Assembly (NCBI RefSeq): GCF_000150275.1
Contig: NW_002060956.1
Span: 990,280 to 1,054,279 of the forward strand
Source of the DNA: Trichoplax adhaerens
Lineage: Eukaryota; Animalia; Placozoa
DNA: 64,000 nt
Reading direction: 5' to 3'
Shown: in pieces, positions 53,141 to 64,000 of the stretch
How the letters are laid out: each line of letters starts with the position of its first letter
Numbering within the stretch: the first letter of the stretch is position 1
Translations under genes and position numbers: made by a program
The notes under the pieces: model-generated
What the model saw: the letters and a program-made list of their open reading frames with translations, nothing else
Databases searched by the model: none
Told to the model about the DNA's origin: nothing

Positions 53141-56100
53141 ATGGCTTCGCACAGTGAACAGCATAATAAGTCGCTTGGTGACTACTTAAAAGAAGTATCT
53201 GATGGCTTGATGACGCTTTATAACCAGAACGATGGCTCAAACCGTAATGAAGGTGATCCAACTGAGGAAATTCCACATATTGGGAATGCAAAATCCGCTT
53301 ATACATCTGATCAAACGACACAGAATAAGTCTCTTTCGCAAATTGCTGCAAACGTTTTAAGTACAGAAGAATATCAACAGCATCGTGATATTAATTTACC
53401 ACAAGAAGGTACAGACTTAACTGCCGTTGAAGCTCATGGCAATGATGGTGGTCAAGATAACGATACAAACATTCAACAAGAGCTTTACGATAACGTGGCT
53501 ACATCAGGCCATTTACTTAGTGCATCTGGTCAGGCAATGAAAGACAGCAATAGGGAAAATGAGATTTCAGACAATCATTCGGTATGATGTATACTTTCTG
53601 TAACATATTATATTGATAAGAATGACCTAGACAAAGAATAATAAATCTTTCTGATATTACAGAGTCAACTAGATTAACATTAGATTATCATTTGAAGGCT
53701 CCACTTTAGGATTACTAATTAGCATTTTGCTTTTTTAAATCATTGAGTATGATTTCCTTTTTTACTAAAAGTATTCTTATGTTTACCATTATGCTATCAA
53801 CCAACGAACGTTACTATTTCCTGTTAGGGTAACATTTCTGGAGATGTTGCACACTTGGAAGATGTCCGCTATCAGCTGCAAAATGCTATGAAATCTGCTG
53901 AGCCCAGTAACAGATTATTGGGGCTCGCTACGGAAAAGTTCACTGCTTCCGGAGATAACCAATTAGATGCACTACTAAACCGTGTAGGGGGTGATGGTAG
54001 AAGCATAGAAGATGCTCAGTTTTCGATTGATCGACATGATTGGTAATTAACATTAATATGGTTGGCAAATTTAGACTGTACTGAATTAAATATTTATCGG
54101 ACATTCGAATATTCACTAAATTTAATCGCAAGAATTAGCTAGTTATCATCCGTTTAGCTTTTACCGTAGTTTATATTCCTTTTTCTAAATCTATTAGTGG
54201 ACTACATTTGATTTATTTAATTTTATTAATCTCTCCTCTTTCAGGTTAAGTTCCATTGGTCTTGATTCACAGGTTCTTCATGCATCAAATGGTAATTCGA
54301 GTGAAATATTTACGTTAAAACAGCAGTTAGAAAGCGAAGTCTATCGCAGAAAGGCAAGCGAGTATTGATAGATGTAGACTAACAAAGATTTATTTTGTTA
54401 GCGCTATTGTAATTTTAACATTAAACTATTTTTCATCTTTAGCACTGTGAAAGTCAAATCTATTCACTTAATGCAAAGGTATGAGACTAATTTATTAAAA
54501 ACATTTGACTTTGTCCATGTAGTTATAAGTATTCCAATGCTGTAATGACCTTCCATTTAATACTATTGTAGCTGTTGGAAATTCAGCAACAGTTAGCAGT
54601 TGCAAGGTCTTCGGAGCGAAAAAAGGATATGATGATTGAACAACTCGATAAAGTAAGAATACGTATCTTAAATTCTGAGAATTTAGATGCTGGTGATACA
54701 TTAACGTTCTGTAACGTCTTTACTTTCTAAATTAAGTTACAATTTAAAAAATAGTCCGTAGGCAGTGTTCTTGAAAAGTGGAAATTGCGTGACGCGGAAA
54801 GAACTGAATCAATTAAGAGATTAACCAATGAAAGAGATACCATTAGACAAGCGCACCTTCGTCAACAAGAAGTATGATCTAAAATTTTCCATACGTATAT
54901 TATTGTATCAGAAATCATAATTATGTCTATTCTGTTTATCCTCTATCATCAATTAAAATGTATTCATAGGTTCTCTCAAAGTTTGAGCAGGACATGGCTC
55001 AGGCTGTAGAAGCCTTTTCAAAAGAACAAAAACGAGCGAATCAAGCTGAAAAAGAGAAGCAAATACAAGTATACGCTTTTAATACATATGCTTTGATTTG
55101 AACTCCCTTTCACACTATAATTGTTCATTCAGGTTCAGAAGTTATTGCAGGAAAGAGAACATATCAATCAAGAAAAAGAACGTCATCGGATGTTAGAGGT
55201 TGAGCGAAATCTTATCCAACAAAATTTAGAAGCAGTATGCAATGAGAAAAGCGCTTTAGAGAAATTGCTGGAAGAGGTTAGTACGTTCTAATCGACTTGA
55301 ATTTAAAAGTTTGTTGTACGCAGTGCTAAAAATCTTTCTGTATCTTAGGAGCGATTATTAAGACAAACTATGCAGCAAGATTGGTCTATTAAGGAGGATA
55401 AGTTGAAGGATGAACAACGTCAAATGTCTAAAGAAGCAAAAGTAGTGAACGAATTAACATATTTTTGACATGGCGTTAATATAGTTTATAAAACTTGTAT
55501 TTATTACTAATCTCCTCACTTTAGGGTGAACTTGATAAGTACAAAGCATTATTTAAGGTATCATAATATGCATCGTATTGTTTATAATCTATTATGATCT
55601 ATGAAATTGCCCAATTTATATAGTAAACCCTATTTGCAGTTTAAATCTTGCTATAATTTCTTAACGAAGAATTTATTCATATAATTAGGAAGCGGAAGTT
55701 TCTATGGAATCTGCAGATAACGAAATACATAAGTTAAAAAATGAGTTAGATACTTCGAAACGAGCTTATGTGAGTAGATGGGTTAAATATTTTGTATACA
55801 GTAGTAACTTTTATCGTCTATTACGGTTTTTACTACTGTATGGAAAGATACAAAGTGTTCGTAAGTAATTATTGATTTTCATGCAATTAGGAGAGTTTAA
55901 AGGTAGAAATGAGTCTCATGGAAGCTGAGCATGAAACAAGCCTTAGCAAACAAAGGACAGACATTGTTTCTGAACTTGAACTACAGGTAAAGAAGTATAC
56001 CGTATAAAGATATGATAATGGTGGTACCGATCGACCCTTTAATATGCTTTAAAATGGTTGCTAGTTGTCTACTAAGTTAAAAGAAACTGAAGAAACAGCT

Positions 56101-59100
56101 GTAAAGAATATTTCTCAGCTAAGAGACAATCATAAACAGCAGGTTTTTATTTAAAAATAATATTATGTTTAGTCAACTGTACTTAATATTAATTGGCATT
56201 CAAATGTTTATTTTTTAGATTGTAACCCTTAAAGACAAACATAAACAGGAAATAGAAGCATTAGCGTCAGAGTATTCGCAGGTTATTAAATGATCTTGAC
56301 CTTGCTACTGCTTGTATATATACATTCCACTGCTACCTCTTAGTTATGTATTTACATACCAGGCAGAATACTTTGATTTCTAACAATTTTTTGTACACCT
56401 TCAGTGTGTAGTATAATTAATTAACAAGTAAATTTAATGTATATGTACGGTACTAAGATCCTTGTATATATTTTGCATACAGGAAATGACTTTGAAAGCT
56501 AATACTTTGAAAACAACTATAGATGACTATGAAGGCCGGTATGTATGCTGATATTGCGTAAATATTCGATGCCCACTAGAAATTGCTAATGCGAGAGTTT
56601 AATTGTCAAACTGCTAGACTACAGTCATTACAGAATCGTTTAACTGAAGAAGAACAGTATCGTAATGAAAGAGAAAGGCAGCGGTAAGTCAAACTTTGTC
56701 TTCTAATTAAAGAAATGCTGCTAATATGAGATCAAATTTTAGGAATGATTTAATGCTTCGTCTTCAAACCTTAATGCAATCTCATTGTAATGAGGCTGTT
56801 AAGTTAATTGGAGATTTATTACCGTCATCCATAAAGGTGCTAGCGCTTATTTATTATTTCAAACGATTGCTCACCGCTAAGGTTCCATTAACAAGTTTTA
56901 TTATTTTTGGATACAGCCATTAGCGGTTGATGAAAAGATAACTTCTACCAAGGTAAATTTATTATGTAATGAGAAAATGGAAGCAGATGCTACTATATTA
57001 CAACATCAACCTGTAAGCTCGTCCGACGAAAAAACATATGATCCAGTTTCTAATGAGAACCGTAATGTTAACCAAAAAAGTAACGAAGTATCTACTCAGA
57101 ACGAGGTCCAACCCATCAGTGAAAAATTAGATAATCTTGGTATTATGAATGAAAAGAGACCTTTAATAAATCCAGATTTAGGGAATCACCATCAGAATGA
57201 AAGTGTTTCCTCTGATAGCAACACTAATATTATTCGTAGCTATGGTAAGTAAGAGCAGTAACAGGTATCGATACAATACTTGTAGTCGTATGAAAATGTA
57301 TTAAATTCTCAACTAAATGTTATAGTAGTAGTAATCAAGTCAGGCATTGTGAAATACTGTAACATATCAAGAATAACACAATACTGTAAATTCGTTCTAA
57401 TAAAATCAATGTCAGAACTTATACATTTATCAGATGTTCTTATCAAATGTTGAGTATTTTATATACCTGCTATTCATTGCATCAATTTTAATTGATCTAG
57501 GAAATGATCTCAGCTCAGGCTCTTATTCTAATAATTATGCAAGTTCCAAGCCAAATTTCACTAATAGCTTCAAGATATCGAATTTTAAAACAGAGAAATT
57601 GGCGGATATTAGTAGATATCTAAATACAATGCCTAGAAATTCACAAGATGTATCTGATCAGATTTCAACGAATGCCAAGCAGAATAATCAAACAAGAGTC
57701 CTGGCAAATAGTATTAATAGTCGTAACATGACACCAACAAAACAAGCAAATACGGACTTAATTCTAAATATACTGGATACAAATGCAGCTAACGAAAATA
57801 ACGTTACACGATCGAATATTGACATGGTAGTTTAGTTATTATTGAAGAAAGTTGCGATTTCTAAGTTTGTCTTAGTTATTTTACGCAAGATTTTATAACT
57901 GAACCGTTTTATATTAATATCAAAATTTTATGTGATATTGTTAATTTTTCAGAGGCCTATTCAAATTCCCATTGAACCAGGAAATACAGAAAAATCTACA
58001 ACAAATTTATCGAATTTGTACACTGCAAATATGTAAATATGACCACGCCTCACACATTACAGTATTTTGGTATAACAACATCTCAACGTTGATACTTACA
58101 TTCATTTTATTTTTGATTAACTTTATAAAGAAATGCTGGTCAGATAAATGCCGAAAATATAGACGATTTACGGCAAAATGAACTGCAACACTATGTTGAA
58201 ATGGTAATCGATCTACCAATTAGCTTACTATATTTCTTAATGAATATATATAACGTTAAGATTTTACAATAGTTACTAAAGCATAGAATTGGTTATTTAA
58301 TCGGTTACAGCTACTTCAAAAACCACCTGGTCAACCGCTAGAGACGGTAATGTCTTAAATGCTTCTAATTATTTATAAAATAAGTTGCTTGCTTGTTTTA
58401 ATCCTAATTTTATAACTATTAAGGATATGTTGACAAACAAAATTGGTGATAGCGATCAAATTGGACTTCCCTCCGGATTGATCGCTATTCCGAAATCTAC
58501 TGATGGTATTGATCGATAAATGTGTCTAATGTTTCTAAGACATTATCTTTACTGATAGATTTTTTGCTAAATTAATAGACTATGTAGCAAATTTAAATGA
58601 AAACAAGAATGAATCATTTCATTCTTCAGCTTTTCAACATGTACCTTCTGGTTATGCCGGATCGATTGCGGCGACGTCACAAGGTATGATGCTGTACTGT
58701 GGTATACGGTTGTACCCAAGGAATCTTGATAGATGGAGTGCTGCCATCTTACCTTTTGATTTTATAATTATGTAGTATCGCCTTTGCTAATTTAACGATT
58801 TTTCTTAAATACATGCAGCTATGAAAGGACAAAATAGGGCAGTATCAGTACAAGATCAATCCTCAAATATGGAATCTAGCAGTACTGCTATAAACACAGA
58901 CTCTAAGTACTTGTCAAATCTAGTTAATATTTATCGAAATATGTCTAATAATCCAAACCAGAAGCATCTATCGTTTGACAACGAAGCCAACTCAGTAAAT
59001 ATGCAGCCAACCTACTTGAGGTATTGCATTTGGAAGAGTAGACTTCGTGTAATATCCAGTTAAAATTTTCGTTTTGGATATGCGTTGACTTAATTTTGAT

Positions 59101-59687
59101 CTTGTATTTTATAGCAGTGCATTACTATTGGTTATGTTATTACAATATTTTCTTATTACGGCTAAAATTTTAATTTTAAAGTGAAACTTTGGGGGGTTAT
59201 GAGCAGCAAGATTCCAGCTTGAACTTTCGCACCTTTCAACATCCGAGCAATTTCCAGCCAGATCATCAAATGGAAGAATTGCAGCCACTAAGTGATATAT
59301 CTATACAATATCCGAAAGGAAATGAAAGGAATTATCCTAGGACCCAAGACACTACTTCAAGACACCAACAGGTAACCTAGCTAAGTAGCTGTAATGAATT
59401 CGGTCATCAAGTTTCCCTTTTTCTGAGCATTATTTTGTAAACTGCTTTATTTGAAAAAGCCGTCTGATAACATTAAGGCAGCGGTTGGATTTAATCCGAT
59501 TTCGCCACCTGAGCGAAAGCGGCCATATAAGCAACATCAAAGTAAGCAAGCTAATACAAGTGGGCGAGAGACTAATATTGTTCACACACGGTCGTCTGCG
59601 TCTAAAGTGAGTCAACGCTCCGTAAAAACGGATAAAAAAGCTTCTGGTGTGGCGAGCCGATCAAATAAAAGTACAGCATGGCGTTGA
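53141..59687 (+). CDS. CNTROB: Centrobin (daughter-centriole protein), about 27 coding exons
   Basis: Spliced translation VAHLEDVRYQLQNAM...LESEVYRRK|HCESQIYSLNAK|LLEIQQQLAVARSSERKKDMMIEQLDK|SVGSVLEKWKLRDAERTE...LKVEMSLMEA...RLQTLMQSHCNEAVKLI. This parallels vertebrate centrobin as recalled (SEHTRRKHCERHIQSLQTRVLELQQQLAVAVAADRKKDTMIEQLDK...RLQAMLQAHWDEANQLL). Low-complexity C-terminal half ends ...STAWR*. Confidence 0.9.
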
Positions 59688-60998
59688 ATAGCTAATATAA
59701 CAGTTGACAAGTACAATTTGTGTACCCAATATTTAATAATTTATAGTACAGCATTTTTATCCAACGTCAGTAATAGCAGGTTATTAGCAAAATTTTTAAA
59801 ACGTTTCATTGTCGATAACCAAGATTAATGTATGTCGTAGAAAAATAGCAAATAATGAAGTTCTAGTGTAGAGTTTAAAGGGAAATTGAGATTTGATGTT
59901 GTAGTCATAAAGCGGCAACTGTATACTGAACGATAACTTTAGCTATTTATTACCGGTATAAGAATGCCTTCATAATGTAGAGTAACTTATTCGGATATAA
60001 TCATTTTATCATTTTAAGCCATGCTGGCTATATCATAGAATATAAACCACCTTATTTGACATTAGTTAAGTATTATATTGTAATATATTTATTCATCGCT
60101 CAATGTTTAATCGATTTCATTCCTTGTTATGGCATTGTACATACAGTATATGAGTACGTTTGTATTTTTCTATATGCTACTGTACTCTAAATCATGTATA
60201 CTTGCTTGTGCCTTGATTGATGTTAGTTTTTTGCAGTTTTATCATTTCTTATAATAGCTTTTCTCTTATTCCTGTGCGATACCATAGGTTATAAAATTAA
60301 GGTTCTATTTGACGAGTTGATGTACGCGTAATAATGCAGTAATCATTGTACAGATTTAAATTTTCTTTAATTTGCCTGTCAGACTATTACTGTATCGATA
60401 CCTTAGTGGATTTGTAAATGACAATGAGTATATGTTGTATAATTGACACATATGTGACAATGGTTCCTATTAACAGTTTCGATTAATTTCTTGATGTAAA
60501 TTTTAAGAGATAAATACTGTATTCTCCTTTTTAAACATTAAAAATATACATGTACTCGTATGTTTCGACATAGCATCGTACAACTTTGGGATCGGGTATT
60601 TCTTAACTGATTGAGTAATAATTCATTTCATGTATGCTATTGTCGTTTACAATAGCTATCACTGCAATTACACCTAAATAGTGATATCGTCTACTTAATT
60701 TTATCTATCTCTTAAACTAATGGAGCCTATTTGGACAATTTTATACCATTTTATATTGGTTTTTAATAGATTGAGGTCATGAATGAATCAGTGTAGTTGA
60801 GGGTTTCTACAGCAGAAGGTCTATCTGCTCGTAAAGTTATAGTAGGTGTTTCTATGAGTCTACTATGCATATTATGCATATTATGATTGCAACTTTTTTA
60901 AGGCTTATTTAGTATAATCCAGTAATAAACAGAATTTTGTCGTACTCACAGTACGATATCAATACCAGTGTATAATTCTATTTTATTAATTAATTATA

Positions 60999-61121
60999 CT
61001 AGTCGAATACCCGTTCAAATGAACGGGTATGCATACTACGCAACACATTCCACTGAACAAAATTTAAAGCTAAAGCCAGCTAGGTTATCAGACTATGTAT
61101 GAATCCCTTCTTAGTGTAAGA
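60999..61121 (-). mobile_element. Minimal non-autonomous Helitron (~123 bp)
   Basis: On minus: A|TCTTACACTAAG...ATACCCGTTCA-TT-TGAACGGGTAT 11-bp stem (61007-61030), then CTAG|T (61002-60998). Shares an exact 20-mer with the element at 40972. Confidence 0.7.
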
Positions 61122-61207
61122 TAGCTAGCTTACAATTTAACGGTGCAGTGTTTCGCGAATAACTTGCCATATTGTCAATTTTGGGGGAGTTTTTACTTGT
61201 GCATATC

Positions 61208-61555
61208 TAGTACTGAACTGTACAGTACTGTACGCCATTATAATAATTTACGAAATAAGTGTTGATTTATGTAAGGTACTATAGAGTACAGTACTTAACC
61301 AAGGACTACCAGAAGAGAGAATTGATATTAAATACTGCATAAATGTCAGTACTGTAATCCGTCTGAGTACTCAGTTCGCATGTGTTTATCATCCAGTACA
61401 GTACAGTACTGTACTGTAGTCCTTGAGTGTACTGTACTGTACATTAGAGTCTTGAAGTAAGGATATCTACTGTACACTGTACAGTACGCTCTACAGTAGA
61501 GCACTGTACAGTATAGTACTGTACAGTACATACAGTACGTACTGTACTGTACTGC
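61208..61555. repeat. Degenerate (CAGTA/TACTG)n array in mixed orientations upstream of the DHRS4-like gene
   Basis: Many tacag/ctgta units, including the perfect palindrome TACAGTACAGT-ACTGTACTGTA at 61397-61418 and a dense run at 61468-61555. Confidence 0.85.
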
Positions 61556-62022
61556 ACCTCAAGGAGTTTCCGAGTCATTCAGTTGTACCGCGTGCATTTC
61601 CAGCTAACACCTTGCCAAAGGTTACGAACCAAGTTCACCACCTTTGACATTTGACATTCTCCGTTAATTTCTATCATATTAATAGAACTGTATCATTATT
61701 CACTTAATTTATGCCCGTGCATGTTGATAGACTAGTACTGATACTGCTCAGAAATAATAGTCATGCTTTCGAGGAACAATATTCTACAGGATCTTACTAT
61801 AACAATTCTAAACGTTTAAACTACGGCTCGATGAGGATAGGCTGACTAAGTGGCTACAAGCCCATGACCACGCCTAGTACAGTCTCTGTTCGTGTGTAGT
61901 ACTGGCTCGATCAGTTTCAAGATAATATACAGTATATATAATAATAAATACCCGTATAACATAGAATCTCTGAAATTCATCGGTTGACTTACAGGTTTGA
62001 AAAAAAGTAAAAGAATAGTGAA

Positions 62023-62787
62023 ATGGCTTTAAGAAAACGATTCGAGAATAAAGTAGTAGTTATTACTGGATCGACTGAAGGGATTGGTTTTGCTACGGCT
62101 CAAAGGATAGCTGCAGAAGGTGGCAGCGTATCCGTTAGCAGTCGACATCAGGAGAAGGTAGATAAAGCAATTCAACTATTACGAGATCAAGGCTACACCA
62201 ATACCCTGGGCAGAGTTTGCGATGTTAGTAAGGAAGACGATATTAAAGATCTTATTCAAGCAACCGTTGATAAATTTGGCGCTATTGATGTACTCGTATG
62301 CAACGCTGCAGTTGCTTTTGGCGGACCAGTCATCAAAACATCCAGTTCAGTATGGGATAAGACATTCTCAGTTAATCTTAAATCTGCTTTTACGCTTACC
62401 AAGGAGGTTTTGCCTTACTTGAAACAACGCGACGGTAGCAATATTGTATTGATATCGTCTATCTTAGGTCATAGCCCTATGCCAGTGACTGGAGTTTATA
62501 GTGTATCTAAAACGGCAATGTTTGGATTAATGTTGGCACTGACCAAAGAATTAGGCAGATATAAAATTAGAGTGAATGCTATTGCACCTGGTGTCATTGC
62601 TACCAAAATGAGTCTAGGCCTACGTCAAGGAAGTAACGAAGATTGGGTCATGCGGGAAACGCCTTTAAGGCGATATGGTCAACCTGAAGAAATTGCCTCT
62701 GCTGTAGCTTATGTTTCATCTGATGAGGCTGCTTATGTAAATGGCAGTACAATTGTAGTTGGTGGAGGTTTAGGAAGTCGATTATAA
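62023..62787 (+). CDS. DHRS4: Peroxisomal NADPH-dependent short-chain dehydrogenase/reductase, DHRS4-like, intronless CDS
   Basis: TGSTEGIG nucleotide-binding motif, SSR after beta2 (NADP preference), IDVLVCNAA, catalytic S...YSVSK, IRVNAIAPG, C-terminal PTS1 SRL. A possible 5'-UTR acceptor TTACAG| lies just upstream of the ATG. Confidence 0.88.
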   Translation: MALRKRFENKVVVITGSTEGIGFATAQRIAAEGGSVSVSSRHQEKVDKAIQLLRDQGYTNTLGRVCDVSKEDDIKDLIQATVDKFGAIDVLVCNAAVAFGGPVIKTSSSVWDKTFSVNLKSAFTLTKEVLPYLKQRDGSNIVLISSILGHSPMPVTGVYSVSKTAMFGLMLALTKELGRYKIRVNAIAPGVIATKMSLGLRQGSNEDWVMRETPLRRYGQPEEIASAVAYVSSDEAAYVNGSTIVVGGGLGSRL

Positions 62788-63505
62788 CTTTATACGCTAA
62801 ACGATCATTATGATACGGTACAAAAATCACTAACTAAATAAACAAGTTTTAAATTACTTAGATATCCTATCCAACTACTGTACTGTAATGCGCAGTATCG
62901 AACAGTCCATTTGACATGAAGTAGTACGCAAGCTTTTATTAGATTATCTAACATGTTCTATCGTCCTCTACGAGATATTTGATCTCTATAAAAATTTAGA
63001 ATGGCTTGTTATGGTGCATCTCAAAGCAATAGAACTAGCGATACAGTTTTTACTTCTTCTAGCTTCGTAAAATAGCAAAATCCCTTTTTTATCATATATC
63101 TACTCCAACTGATATTAGCGAGCTTAGTTTCAAATTAATTAAAACGTTACTTTCCAAAGATAGTATCACTGATATGTTCTATATCTTTTTTTATAAACAT
63201 CAAGCTGTTGATATTAAAAACGATAATACAGTGGTCGATTATAATTATGTAATAGCTTATCAATAGCTATAATTTATTACTTTTAATTTATGATTCGCAA
63301 ATCTATAAAATTCGTAACTAAAATAATCTTTTAATCCAATATAGAAGCGCATTCTTATAAAAGTCTTATAATAGAAAAGTCAATATTGTATCGTGTTCCA
63401 AATCAGAGTATGTACATGTCGATTTTTTGAGCCTCTATTATTATTAAATAGCAAAAATTGATACGAGAAGTAGTGAATATACTTATTAATTAGCTGTTAA
63501 TCTGT

Positions 63506-63897
63506 TCAATTCCCAACTGAAATGGGTGATTTCACCGATGCATTATCATCCTCATTTAAGCGTCCATTTGGAGTACTTTTAGGTACTTGTAAGCGATGCT
63601 TTGGCCTGTGCTTTTGCTTATCACTTTCAAGGTAGCGAGGTGGTGCTAACTGTTCTAGTCGTGGCGACTTGGGATAGCGTAGGGTAGTTTGGGTTTTATT
63701 TAGCAATTTCCTAACATCATATTTACATTTAGAAATTATTACATAGATTTATTAAATTATATACAACCTTCAGTTTATGTCATGTAAAACTATGTACTGT
63801 ACCTGATGCGCTTTTTAGCATTATTTAAAAATTCTTCATTCTCTAATTCCATCTTCTGAGCTTTGGATAACTCCGGTGTTTGTTGAGGGTGAATCAA
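63506..63897 (-). CDS. Last two coding exons (63803-63897, 63506-63710) of an unidentified gene extending beyond the right end
   Basis: TTTATAG|TTG ATT CAC...CGC ATC AG|GTACAG joins in phase 2 to TTAG|G AAA TTG..., giving LIHPQQTPELSKAQKMELENEEFLNNAKKRIRKLLNKTQTTLRYPKSPRL...SPISVGN*. Confidence 0.75.
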
Positions 63898-64000
63898 CTA
63901 TAAAAAAGGTTATCAATAAAAATAAAGCCCATGTTATATGTATGCCTATGCATACATGTTTCATGATGTATAGGCCACATCATTGGAGTTAATTGGTGTA

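Noticed and set aside
42811-59615. Antisense ORFs overlapping CCDC39 and CNTROB exons (e.g. 42811-43032, 44215-44415, 53136-53351, 59430-59615)
   Set aside because: Shadows of real coding exons on the opposite strand.
61346-61531. ORF with YCTV repeats
   Set aside because: Translation of the CAGTA/TACTG repeat array, not a protein.

Overview
AT-rich eukaryotic (animal) genomic DNA with many short GT-AG introns. The style is consistent with a placozoan such as Trichoplax, but this is an inference and not verified. Left end: an intronless FoxG-class forkhead gene (+, 4069-4806) lies antisense to, and apparently inside the intron that follows, the first coding exon of an ANF-receptor-domain receptor (-, 5562-6255; probably a receptor guanylyl cyclase). 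About 36 kb with no recognisable coding exon follows (6.3-42.8 kb), containing two probable non-autonomous rolling-circle (Helitron/Helentron-like) elements. Right half: CCDC39 (-, 28 coding exons) and centrobin/CNTROB (+, about 27 coding exons, one GC-AG intron) sit head-to-head. Their shared upstream region carries an RFX X-box, a 34-bp duplication, a CpG-rich island and palindromic (CAGTA/TACTG)n arrays. Further right are a second mini-Helitron, a second CAGTA/TACTG array, an intronless peroxisomal DHRS4-like SDR, and the last two exons of an unidentified minus-strand gene. Most notable: the FoxG nested-gene/gene-desert architecture, the ciliary bidirectional promoter, the promoter-associated CAGTA palindromes, and a mini-Helitron family sharing an exact 20-bp 3' hairpin.
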